64,000 nt of DNA, taken from contig NC_057726.1 of the NCBI RefSeq assembly GCF_004010195.1, positions 69,885,468 to 69,949,467 on the forward strand, in the 5' to 3' direction. The translations under genes were made by a program, and so were the position numbers. Under the pieces are notes generated by a model that searched no databases, had not been told where the DNA came from, and saw only the letters and a program-made list of their open reading frames with translations. Of the stretch, positions 11,789 to 22,740 are shown piece by piece; within the stretch, counting starts at the first letter, position 1; each line of letters begins with the position of its first letter. Source of the stretch: Chiloscyllium plagiosum. Its lineage: Eukaryota.

Positions 11789-14204
11789 GGGACAAGTGAT
11801 GGTCTTGTTAGTGGGTGAACATTTTGGGGATGGTGACAACAATTCTGTGACTTTCACCTTGGTTATGGAGAGAGATAGGTGCGTCAAACAAGGTAGGTTT
11901 TACAATTGGGCAAAGGGTAAATAAGACAGGATCTGAGGAGCATAAGATGGGCGCATAGGCTGTCAGGGAAGGATGTTGTGGAAATGTGGAACTTTTTCAA
12001 GGAACAGATACGACGTGTCCTTGATATGTATGTACCTGTCAGGCAGGAAAGAGATGGTCGTGTGAGGGAACCTTGGTTGACGAGGGAGGTTGAATGTCTT
12101 GTAAAGAGGAAGAAGGGGGCTTACATAAGGTTGAGGAAACAAGGTTCAGGCAGAGCATTGGAGGGATACAGGATTGCCAGAAGGGAGCTGAAGAAAGGGA
12201 TTGGGAGAGCTAAGAGAGGGCATGAAAAATCTTTGGCGGTTAGGATCGAGGATAACCCCAAGGCATTGTATGCGTATGTGAGAAACATGAGAATGACGAG
12301 AACGAGGGTAGGTCCGATCAAGATCAGTAGTGGGAGACTGTGTATTGAGTCGGAAGAGATAAGTGTGGTCTTGAATGAGTACTTTTCTTCAGTATTTACA
12401 AACGAGAGGGACCGTATTGTTGAAGAGGAGATCGTGAAATGGACTGGTAAGTTCGAGGAGATACTTGTTAGGAAGGAAGATGTGTTGGACATTTTGAATA
12501 ACTTGAGGATAGACAAGTCCCCCGGGCCTGACGGGATATATCCTAGGATTAAGTGGGAAACAAGAGAGGAAATTGCAGAGCCGTTGGCAATGATCTTTTC
12601 GTCTTCACTGTCAACAGGGGTGGTACCAGGGGACTGGAGAGTGGTGAATGTTGTGCCCCTGTTCAAAAAAGGGAATAGGGATAACCCCGGGAATTACAGG
12701 CCAGTTAGTCTTACTTCGGTGGTAGGCAAAGTAATGGAAAGGATACTGAGGGATAGGATTTATGAGTATCTGGAAAAACACTGCTTGATTATGGACAGCC
12801 AGCACGGATTTGTGAAGAGTAGGTCTTGCCTTACAACTCTTATTAAATTCTTTGAGGAGGTGACCAAGCATGTAGATGAGGGTAGAGCAGTGGATGTAGT
12901 ATACATGGATTTTAGTAAGGCATTTGATAAAGTTCCCCATGGTAGGCTTATGCGGAAAGACAGGAGGCATGGGATAGAGGGAAATCTGGCCAATTGGATA
13001 GAAAACTGGCTAACCGGTCAAAGTCAGAGAGTGGTGGTAGATGGTAAATATTCAGCCTGGAGCCCAGTTACAAGTGGAATTCCGCAGGGATCAGTTCTGG
13101 GTCCTCTGCTGTTCGTAATTTTTATTAATGACTTGGATGAGGGAGTCAAAGAGTGGGACAGTAAATTTGCAGATGATACGAAGATAGGTGGAGTTGTGGA
13201 CAGTGAGGAGGGCTGTTGTCGGCTGCAAAGAGACTTAGATATGATGCAGAGCTGGACTGAGGAGTGGCAGATGGAGTTCAACCCTGCCAAGTGTGAGGTT
13301 GTCCATTTTGGAAAGACAAATAAGAATGCAGAATACAGGGTTAATGGTAGGGTTCTTAGTCAGGTGGAGGAACAGAGGGATCTTGGGGTCTATGTACATA
13401 GATCTTTGAAGGTTGCCACTCAGGTGGATAGAGTTTGTAAGAAGGCCTATGGAGAATTATCGTTCATTAGCAGAGGGATTGAATTCAAGAGTCGTGAAGT
13501 GATGTTGCAGCTGTACAGGACTTTGGTTAGGCCACAGTTGGAATACTGTGTGCAGTTCTGGTCGCCTCACTTTAGGAAAGATGTGGAAGCTTTGGAGAGG
13601 GTGCAGAGAAGATTTACCAGGATGTTGCCTGGAATGGAGAGGAAGTCATACGAGGATAGGTTGAGAGTTCTCGGCCTTTTCTCGTTGGAACGGCGAAGGA
13701 TGAGGGGTGACTTGATAGGCCTCACTTTAGGAAAGATGTGGGAGCTTTGGAGAGGTTGCAGAGAAGATTTACCAGGATGTTGCCTGGAATGGAGAATAGG
13801 TCGTATGAGGATAGGTTGAGAGTGCTAGGCCTTTTCTCATTGGAATGGCGAAGGATGAGGGGTGACTTGATAGAGGTTTATAAGATGATCAGAGGAATAG
13901 GTAGAGTAGACAGTCAGAAACTTTTTCCCCGGGCACAACCGAGTGTTACAAGGGGACATAAATTTACGGTGAAGGGTGGAAGGTATAGGGGAGATGTCAG
14001 GGGTGGGTTCTTTACCCAGAGAGTGGTGGGGGCATGGAATGCGCTGCCTGTGGGAGTGGCAGAGTCAGAATCATTGGCGAACTTTAAGTGGCAATTGGAT
14101 AGGTACATGGATGGGTGCTTAAGCTAGGACAAATGTTCGGAACAACATCGTGGGGCGAAGGGCCTGTTCTGTGCTGTATTGTTCTATGTTCTATGTTCTA
14201 TGTT
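11789..14204 (+). mobile_element. Young 5'-truncated CR1 LINE with (CTATGTT)n tail
   Basis: Long open RT frame, 3' UTR and tail ttgttctatgttctatgttctatgttc at ~14179-14205. Confidence 0.95.
11978..13819 (+). CDS. CR1 ORF2 reverse transcriptase region, 613 aa open frame (no APE; C-terminus altered by an internal duplication)
   Basis: KSPGPDGI, NYRPVSLTS, QHGF, DFSKAFDKVPH, GIPQGSVLGP, FADDTK, LVRPQLEYC. Confidence 0.9.
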   Translation: MEMWNFFKEQIRRVLDMYVPVRQERDGRVREPWLTREVECLVKRKKGAYIRLRKQGSGRALEGYRIARRELKKGIGRAKRGHEKSLAVRIEDNPKALYAYVRNMRMTRTRVGPIKISSGRLCIESEEISVVLNEYFSSVFTNERDRIVEEEIVKWTGKFEEILVRKEDVLDILNNLRIDKSPGPDGIYPRIKWETREEIAEPLAMIFSSSLSTGVVPGDWRVVNVVPLFKKGNRDNPGNYRPVSLTSVVGKVMERILRDRIYEYLEKHCLIMDSQHGFVKSRSCLTTLIKFFEEVTKHVDEGRAVDVVYMDFSKAFDKVPHGRLMRKDRRHGIEGNLANWIENWLTGQSQRVVVDGKYSAWSPVTSGIPQGSVLGPLLFVIFINDLDEGVKEWDSKFADDTKIGGVVDSEEGCCRLQRDLDMMQSWTEEWQMEFNPAKCEVVHFGKTNKNAEYRVNGRVLSQVEEQRDLGVYVHRSLKVATQVDRVCKKAYGELSFISRGIEFKSREVMLQLYRTLVRPQLEYCVQFWSPHFRKDVEALERVQRRFTRMLPGMERKSYEDRLRVLGLFSLERRRMRGDLIGLTLGKMWELWRGCREDLPGCCLEWRIGRMRIG

Positions 14205-14659
14205 CACTTTGGCCCATTTGATCAATACCCTCGTGTCCACTGAGGTAGCCTTCTTCACTGTCCACTACACCTCAAATTTTGGTTTCACCTGGAACCTTTC
14301 CAACCATACCTCCTATGTTCACATTCAGATCTTTTACAGAAATGATGAAAAGCAGTGGACTCAGCACCAAGTGTTGTGGCAGACTGCTGTTCACCAGCCT
14401 CCAGTCTGAAAAGCAACCATCCATGCCCATCCTCTGTCTTCTACCTTTGAGTGAGTTCTGTATCCATACAGCTGGTTTTCTCTGTATTCCATTTGATCTA
14501 ACATTTTTAACTAGTCTACCATGAGGAAATTTGTTGAGTGCCTTACTGAAGTCGACACTGATCATGTTAGCTGCTCTGCCTTCATTCAAAATACTCAAAT
14601 TAGTGAGACACCATTCCAATGCAAAAAGCCATGCTGACTATCTCTAATTAGTCCTTGAC

Positions 14660-14880
14660 TTTCCAAATACATGTCATCTTGTCCTATGTTACAGCCTTGT
14701 CAACTTGAAAATGATCCATTTATCTAAAGTCTGAATGTTCATTTGGCATCATCATTGAAGAAAGGATTGGGAAGGTGATTCAGGAGATTTCCAAATACAT
14801 GTCATCTTGTCCTATGTTACAGCCTTGTCAACTTGAAAATGATCCATTTATCTAAAGTCTGAATGTTCATTTGGCATCAT
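14660..14880 (+). repeat. 93 bp identical direct repeat (14660-14752, 14788-14880)
   Basis: tttccaaatacatgtc...atttggcatcat occurs twice with a 35 bp spacer. Confidence 0.9.
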
Positions 14881-15022
14881 TTTCCCATGCATAGTTATGA
14901 ACAAGCTATAAAGTTAGACAAGCATAAATTGATAAATTGGCATTTGAAGTTACAGAGAGCAAGAGGCTCCTGGTATTTAAGGTTGCAGGGAGCAAGAGGC
15001 TCCTGGTATTGATTGGAGTAAT

Positions 15023-15062
<40 letters not shown>

Positions 15063-15064
<2 letters not shown>

Positions 15065-15512
15065 GGGGAATGTTTCAGACAGAACAGATGATCCATCATC
15101 AAAGGTAGTAAAATGACGTGAAAAATTTCCTGAAACGTCTGAGGCTTTTAGAAAACTGTCTGGAGGACTAAACAAAACATTGGGTGCTGAAGAATGGCCA
15201 TTAGGTGGCTCTAAAGCTGTTCAATTTGTTAAATCGGCTCAGCAATTGATCTGGCAACGGAATATTGCAGCGGGCACGAAAGAGTTAATTGAATTATGGC
15301 GACAGTTTAGTGATGAGAGGCACAAAGAATCAGTTTTGCGCTCAGGACAAGATACTGCCACCAAATTGGTGATTGAACTAACGGCAAATGGTGCTATGAA
15401 ATCGGTTTAAGTTCTTAAAAATGAATGCGCTCGAGCAAAACAATTACAGAAACAGAATGAGAAGTCACAAGTGGCTGGTAAACAAACAGAACAGCGCAAT
15501 TACAGTTTTTAA
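15063..15512 (+). pseudogene. gag: gag N-terminal (matrix-like) remnant
   Basis: MGNVSDRT.. (Gly2 myristoylation-type start) and EEWPLGGS (WPxxGS/T matrix motif); in-frame stops; preceded by (TA)n. Confidence 0.6.
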
Positions 15513-15749
15513 AATGGTTTAGCCACTTGTTGCATTTTCACCCAGAATTACAGATAATGATTATTTTATTTATATAATATATATAATTTATAACTAATAT
15601 TTATAATAAATCAATTGTGTTAGCCTGAATTAATGTTTATTGGCAGGATTCCTTCACACATTCTCAGTGACCTGTTATATTGATTCATGGTTAATTTAAA
15701 ACATGACTGCATTAATTTTTGTTAATTAAAGAATGGAAAGCTACATTAC

Positions 15750-18072
15750 TGGCCAGAGTGTGGCAGGCAATGGCAGCAACAGCCTTCTTGGTAGAGGAGA
15801 GTCGGAAGCTTACTTCAGAGGGTCCTTAATAGTCAGCACCCCACACCAGGTACGAACCATATTAAATCAGAAAGCAGGACGATGGCTCACAGATTGTAGG
15901 ATCTTGAAATATGAGGCAATCTTAATAGAGCAGAATGACCTTGTGTTAGTCACAGACAGTTGCTTTAAATCCAGCTGCATTTCTGTGGCGGGGAGAGGGG
16001 GATGCCCTCGGCAATCCAGAATACGACTGCCTTGATATTATTGAATTACAGACTAAAGTGCGAATGGACTTAAGGGAAATCACGCTGCATGCAGGAGCTT
16101 GGTTGTTTATCGATGGGTCTTCCAAGATTATTGAGGGTAAAAGGCACAATGGATATGCTGTAGTAGAAGGGATAGAGTGAAGCGTTATCAAGGCTGAAAG
16201 ACTGCCTAACAGCTGGTCATCCCAAACCTCTGAACTCTATGCCCTTGAAAGAGCTCTCGGAGCCTTCGAAGACAAGGAAGGAATGGTATATACAGACTCC
16301 AAATGTGCGTTTAGAGTAGTACACACCTTCAGAAAAAATTGGCAAGAAAGTGGACTCATAAACAGCAGAGGAAAATAACTAGCACATGAGAAATTAATAA
16401 AACAAGATGTGGAATTCCTGTTAATCCCAAGAGAAATGGGCAGTACGGTGGCACAGTGGTTAGCACTGCTGCCTCGCAGCGCCAGAGACCTGGTTCAATT
16501 CCTGCCTCAGGCGACTCTCTGGGTGGAGTTTGCACATTCTCCTCGTGTCTGCGTGGGTTTCCTCCGGGTACTCCGGTTTCCTCCCACAATCCAAAAATGT
16601 GCAGGTCAGGTGAATTGGCCACACTAAATTGCCCGGAGTGTCAGGTGAAGGGGTAAATGTAGAAGTATGGGTCTGGGTGGATTACGCTTCAGCGGGTCGG
16701 TGTGGACGTGTTGGGCCGAACGGCCTGTTTCCACACTGTCGTGAATCTAATGGAAATAGCGATAGTTCATATAAACGGACATCAGAAGGGGAATTAACCG
16801 GATGTAAGAGGAAATAAACTGGCCGATGAGGTAGCTAAAGAAGTAGCCCTAAAACCACAAGGAGCAGTGATATACTCCCTAATACCTACAATTCCAGATC
16901 TTCAGGGTGCCGTGTTGTTTCCTGCAAAGGAGGAAAAGGAACTAAAAGATTTAGGGGCAGCAAAGACAGCGGATGGTTGCTGGGTGTTATCCAATGGGAG
17001 GGAAATGCTGAATAAAATGATGATGCAATAAATTATGGCTGTCTTACATCAGGGCATCACTGGGGAGTGCAAGCAATGTGTGATTTAGTCTTAAGGATAT
17101 ATGGATGCAAAGCGATATATACGATAGCCAAACAGATATGTGAGGAATGTATAACATGCAGGAAGTGAAACAAGAAGGTGCTAAGTCAAGAAGTCCCGGG
17201 AGAGAGAGAACCTGGGCGAAGACCATTTCAGAGCATTCAGGTAGATTATACCGAATTACCCCAAGTGGGAAGATTAAGGTATATGCTGGTAATGGGTGAT
17301 CACATATCTGGATGGGTAGAGGAAGTGTACCCTTTAGCCACTGCCACCGCAAGTGGGGTGTCCAAGATAATACTTGAGAATATAACCAACAGATATGGGA
17401 TAGTGGAATGTATAGATTTGGATCAGGGAACTCATTTTACTTCCAGGGTACTCCAGGGAGTGATGAAGGGGTTAGGAGTCTCCTGTGAGTTCCACACCCC
17501 TTGGCACCCACCTTCATGAGGAAAGGTTGAGAGAATGAACCAGACACTCAATAAGCAGTTATCTAAATTAGTAATAGAAACCAGATTCCCTTGGGCTAAA
17601 TGTTTACCTATAGCCCTTTTGCGAGTGCGAACGGCCCCAAGGAAAGATATGGGGCTGTCCCTTTATGAGGTATTGTTTGGCCTGCCCTATCTGGGAACGA
17701 AGGTGAAACTTCCAACCTTGGAGACTAAAGATCTGTTCTTAAAGATGTATACACTGGGCTTGTCATCCTCTTTGTCTATTCGCAGGAAACAGAGTTTGTT
17801 GGCACAGACTCCACCCTTGAATTCACCGTCCTTCCAATCCAACCAGGAGATTGGGTCCCACTCAAATCATGGACTGACACCAAATTGCAACCAGACGGGG
17901 AGGGGCTGTACCAGGCACTTTTAACTACTGAAACAGCGATATGAAACGCAGAGAAAGGCTGGACTCACTACACCCGGATTAAGGGGCCAGTGGATTCTCC
18001 AGTTGGAAGAGATGTCTGAACAACCGAATAGACAAAATAATCCCTTAAACTCAAGCAAAAAATTCCTTAAAT
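15750..18072 (+). pseudogene. pol: pol remnant: RT connection, RNase H and integrase (polymerase core absent)
   Basis: TPHQVRTIL..RWLTDCRILKYEAIL; FIDGSS, YTDSK; HHCC zinc finger; QVDYTE..DLDQGTHFTS..HTPWHPPS*GKVERMN; frameshifts. Confidence 0.92.
16438..16751 (+). mobile_element. HE1-like V-SINE inserted in ERV RNase H
   Basis: gggcagtacggtggcacagtggttagcactgctgcc...tgtttccacactg. Confidence 0.93.
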
Positions 18073-18771
18073 AACTGATTATACTGTAGCGGCATGAGTG
18101 CGGCATAGTTTCTGGAGTATTGTATGCTAAGTCTCTCGGTACTTCAGTCCCATTGTAGTATGAGGGGGATGTTTAGGTACATGATATTAGCATTTCTAGT
18201 CCTAAGATTCTGCCAGGCCCTGGTATGGTCGTCTTACGAAGTGATAACGGTTCCAGAAAGAATAAATCCACAAGTCATAGAAACAGATGCCTGCAGCCTA
18301 GTGGATTGAGCAGATGTTAGAAATCAGAGGCAATACAGTAACTCAGAGATACATCTTAGGTTCCATGAAAGAGGCCCCGGGTGGGGTGGGGGGGGGGGGA
18401 GTGTGCATGGGATAGGTTTTGACGGAAAGAAAGTGTCCCACAGAGAGAAGTGTAATGGATTTCATTGGAAAAAGAATGTAAAGAATGGCGGAGGCAGGAA
18501 GACCTCAAAGGTCATCTCTTGATTAATCCACTCATCACAGTACACCGAGGCCCCTTCCGGCCAGCTGTCGATAAAAAAAAGTGTAACCCAATAAAAAAAA
18601 GTGTAACCAAATATATTTAACCAGAAAGAAAACCTCATGGCAATAAGTGGTTTTGGGGGAGAAATTTTTCAGGTCTAATTAAACCAAACATTCGGAATAG
18701 AGATGAAAGCAGAAGGGAAGGATTTCTTGGGATGTTGTTTGAAAATACAGGTGAAAGACAGGACCCAATTA

Positions 18772-19180
18772 GGCGGCACGGTGGCACAGTGGTTAGCACT
18801 GCTACTTCACAGTGCCGGAGACCCGTGTTCAATTCCTGCCTCAGGCGACTGACTGTGTGGAGTTTGCACGTTCTCCCCGTGTCTGCGTGGGTTTCCTCCG
18901 GGTGAATATTTTTTCGACGAGGTCGTCAATATGATTTTCCAAGGTCCGGACTCGCTGCTCGAGAGGCCGGACCTGATCCACGGCCGATTGAGCGGTATTT
19001 TCGGAGGCCGCTGCCTTTAACTCCGCCCCTCCGACTCGGCGCTCAATTTTTTCCTACTTTAGGTAAGGGGTAAATGTATGTAGGGGTATGGGTGGGTTAC
19101 GCTTCGGGGGGCGGTGTGGACTTGTTGGGCCGAAGGACCTGTTTCCACACTGTAAGCAATCTAATCTAATCTAAAAAAAA
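18772..19180 (+). mobile_element. HE1-like V-SINE in env, central part replaced by foreign sequence (18905-19058)
   Basis: SINE head to ~18904, resumes at ttaggtaagggg ~19059, (AATCT)n tail. Confidence 0.9.
18905..19058 (-). mobile_element. LINE-1-like ORF1 coiled-coil fragment
   Basis: Minus strand reads KIERRVGGAELKAAASENTAQSAVDQVRPLEQRVRTLENHIDDL, then gtcgaaaaaatattc resembling the DDLxNRxRRxNIR junction of L1 ORF1p. Confidence 0.6.
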
Positions 19181-20659
19181 AGTACGAGTAAGGAATAGTA
19201 AAGCCCCTTACTCTGAACCTAAGGTGATAAAAATTGTAGAGATAAAGGACTTAAAGCAGACTATTGAAGTAGAAACAGGATATGGGGATACAAATGCTTG
19301 GGTTGAAACGGTAAAGTACACTGTGAGAAGTTTGAATTTAAAAAAGCAATTGTTTTGCATGTGCCTCTGGGAGACCAATGGCTCAAGCAGTCCCCTTTCC
19401 GCTCGGGTGGAAGCGAGACAGAAGAGGCATTGCATGCATGATAGACCTGTATCAGAATGAGACTGCACACAGTAATGAAGATTGCATGCCACTTCTATTA
19501 ATGTTCCCTCCTTTAAAGAAGGAAGGTTTAAAGACACTCCCCATGTTTTCTGCCGTGGTCGGAAATCACACATCATATAAACAGGCGAGGAACAAATCGG
19601 TCCAGATACTTGGGGGAGCTGAAATCATGCACCGAGATTGAGTACGTGACGGAAAAGGGAGGGAACTGTTCAGCTTTAAGCATTACCCGAGCGGATCTGT
19701 GGTGGTACTGCGGAGGGAAAATATTGAGATCCACCCTACCTCCAGACTGTAGGGACATGTGTGCGATTGTGCAATTGGCAATTCCGTTGACCCTGGCATT
19801 TGAAAAGAAAGAGATAGTAAAGAAAGGGGGATGAAGTCAGAGATCAATACTGGATACGTCGTGTGATGATCGGATATATCCAGATTCTATAGGAGTTCCA
19901 AGAGGGGTACCTGATGAGTTAAGGTTCGTAACCAGATCCCTAGATATGATCCTAGCAGAAAAAGGGGGAGTGTCTGTGATGTTAGGAGGGAGCTGTTGTA
20001 TCTTTATTCCAAATAGCATAGCCCCAGATGGGTTTATTACTCAAGATCTGCAAGGTCTAACAACACTAGCAGAAGAACTAGCTGAAAACTCAGGAGTTAA
20101 CACATCACTCACCTGGTGGCTAGAATTGTGGTTCGGAAAGTGGAAGGGTGTGGTGGTTTCACTCCTTACCTCTTTAATCGTGGTGGTAGGAGTACTGACT
20201 GCAATAGGATGCTGTATCATACCTTGCGCACGAGGGCTAACCCAAAGGCTGTTTGAAACAGCCTTGGCCTCACAAATGCCCCTAAAGAGCAATCGGGCAG
20301 AAGGGCTCTACCTGTTGAACAATGAGGGAATAAGTGACCTCGGGGAGATTTCCAAAATAAATGAAATCTCGGGAAAAATGCTCGCCAACTTGGAGGCGAC
20401 ATGTAAGGAAAATGCAGAAGACAACAAATGTTAATTAAAAAAAGGAAAATTGTGGAATATAGGTTGCTTCTGTGCAATGTTGCTTCTGCAGCCATAATTG
20501 CTTCTGCAAAGTAATGAACTAACTTACACAATTGTATGATTATTTCAACAAAGAGGTGAGTTAGATAAAGCTTGCATATAAACAATGAAATATGTTACAG
20601 ACAAATAGATAAGGAGGGAAAAGAACATTAAGTTATGGTGGTTTGGCATATTGCCTCCA

Positions 20660-21420
20660 GAGTAGTGCTGGAAAAGCACAGCAGTTCAGGCAGCATCCGG
20701 GGAGCAGGAAAATTGACGTTACAGGCAAAAGCCCTTCATCACGAAACAGGCAGAGTGCCTGCAGGGTGAAGGTTAAATGAGAGGAGGGTGGGAGTGGGGA
20801 GAAAGTACTTTAGAGTACAATAGTTGAATGGGGGTGAAGATGAACGTGATAAGTCAGGGAGGAGGATGTGGGAAGGTAGCAAAGAGTACAATGGGTGAAT
20901 GCGGGTGGGATGAAGGTGATAGGTCAGAGAGGAGGGTGGTGTGGAGAGGTGGAAAAGAAGATAGGCTGTAGGATAGGTCATGGGGACTGTGCTGAGCTGG
21001 AGGTTTGGAACTGGGGTAAGGTTGAGGAAGGGGAAATTAGGAAACTGGTGAAGTCCACATTGATGCCCTGGGGATGAAGTGTTCCAAGGCGGAAGATGAG
21101 CCGTTCTTCCTCCAGGCGTCGGGTGGTGAGGGAGCGGCGGTGAAGAAGGCCCAAGATCTCCATGTCCTCGACAGAGTGGGAGGGGGAGTTGAAACGTTGG
21201 GCCACATGGATGTGTGGTTGATCGGTGCGGGTGTCCCAGAGATGTTCCCTAAAGCGCTCTGCTAGGAGGCGTCCAGTCTCCCCAATGTACAGGGGACCGC
21301 ATCGGGAGCAACGGATACAATAAATGATATTGGTGGATGCGCAGTTCAAACTTTAATGGACGTTGAAGGCTCCTTTAGGACCTTGTATGGAGGTGAGGAG
21401 AAGGTGTGGGCAGAGGTTTT
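20660..21420 (-). mobile_element. Penelope-like element 3' part (GIY-YIG and terminal repeat with decayed hammerhead at ~20712-20745)
   Basis: CASTNIIYCIRCSRCGPLYIGETGRLLAERFREHL..RRLEEERLIFRLGTLHPQGINVDF. Confidence 0.9.
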
Positions 21421-22740
21421 CCTCTGCCATTCAACTTGATCATGACTGATCATCCAACTCAATAGCTTAATCGTGCTTTTCTTCCCATAACTTTGATCCC
21501 ATTTGCCCCAAGTGCTGTATCTAGTCATTTATTGTATGCATTCAATGATTTGGCATCAACTATTTCCTATTGTAATGAATTCCAAGGCTCGCCATTCTTT
21601 GGGTGAAGAAATGTTTCCTCACCTCCGTCCGAAATAGTCCATCCTGAATCCTTAGATTGTGACTCTTAGTTCTGGACGCACCTACCAATGGGAACATCCT
21701 CCCTGCATCTATCCTGTCCAGTCCTGTTAGTATTTTATAAATCTCTGTGAAGTCCGTCCTTAGTCTTCTGAACAGCAGCGAAAACAATCCTAATGTCGTC
21801 AATCTATCTTCATACATGAGTCCCACCTTCCCTGAAATCAGCCTGGGAAACCTTCGCTGTACTCAGTCGAGAGCAATTACATCCTTCTTCAGAAAAGGAG
21901 ACCAGAACTGTTCACAATGTTCTAGGTGTGACCTCAGCAAGGCCCTTTATAACTGTAATCGCACATCCTTGCTCCTGTACTCTAAACCTGTCACAATGAA
22001 GGCCAACAGGCCATTTGCCTTCCTTACCACCTGCTGCACCTGCATGCAACTGGTGCACAAGGACACCCAGGTCTCACTGCAACACTCCCCTCTTCCAAAT
22101 TACTGGCACGTAAATATTAATCTGCCTTCTTAGAGTCATAGAGACTTACAACACAGAAACAGACCCTTTCATCCAATTTGTTCATGCCGACCAGATATCC
22201 CAACCCAATCTAGTCCCACCTGCCAGCACCTGGCCCATATCCCTCCAAACCCTTCCTATTCAAATACCCATTCAGACGCCTTTTAATGTTACAATTGTAC
22301 TAGCCTTCACCACTTCTTCTGGCAGCTCATTCCATGCACGTACCACCCTCTGAGTGAAGCAAGTTGCCACTTAAGTCTCTTTTATGTCTTTCCCCTCTCA
22401 CCCTAAACCTATACCCTGTAGTTCTGGACTCACCCGCCCCAGGGAAAAGACTTTGTCTATTTAGTCTATCCATGCCCCTCATGACTTTATGAACCTCTAT
22501 AAGGTCATTCCTCAGCCTTTGATGCTCCTTGTCTTTGCTTCCGAAGTAAATAACCTCACATTTATCCAAATTAATTTGCATCTGCCATTGATTTTCCCAT
22601 TCACCCAACCTGTCTAGATCATCCTGGAGGATCATTGTCGCAGTTCACCCTCCCACTCAACTTGGTATCATCTGCAAACTTTGAGATGTTACATTTTGTT
22701 CCCTCATCCAAATCACTAAAAAATACTGTGAATAGCCGGA
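21421..22740 (-). mobile_element. CR1 LINE 3' fragments, with a second CR1 3' end nested at ~22131-22520
   Basis: YEDRLTTLGLFSL..RRLRTDFTEIYKIL; ILQDDLDRLGEW..WQM. Confidence 0.8.

Larger units (their letters stand above)
10320..14660 (-). mobile_element. Old CR1 LINE fragments (10320-10897, 11590-11785, 14205-14660) hosting nested PLE and CR1 insertions
   Basis: W.VEFNSDKCEVLYF..EQRDLGVQVHSSLKV and DFSKALNKFPHGRL on the minus strand. Confidence 0.75.
18160..20434 (+). pseudogene. env: env pseudogene (signal peptide, SU, TM with internal deletion)
   Basis: MILAFLVLRFCQA signal; ETGYGDTNAW; DLWWYCG; GVPRGVPDE; LDMILAEKGGVSVMLGGSCC; TM helix VVVSLLTSLIVVVGVLTAIGCCIIPC; stops and frameshifts. 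Confidence 0.9.
14890..20650 (+). mobile_element. Defective class I (gamma/epsilon-like) endogenous retrovirus, copy 1
   Basis: Order: leader, gag MA remnant, pol connection/RNase H/integrase, env, purine tract (~20436-20449), putative 3' LTR start TGTGG at ~20450. Confidence 0.92.

Noticed and set aside
12121-13290. Antisense ORFs over the CR1 RT and similar short ORFs across the window
   Set aside because: Shadow frames of transposon coding sequence with no independent motifs
18905-19058. Novel structured ncRNA (several hairpins, T-tract ends)
   Set aside because: Better explained as antisense L1 ORF1 coding sequence; hairpins may be chance in GC-rich DNA
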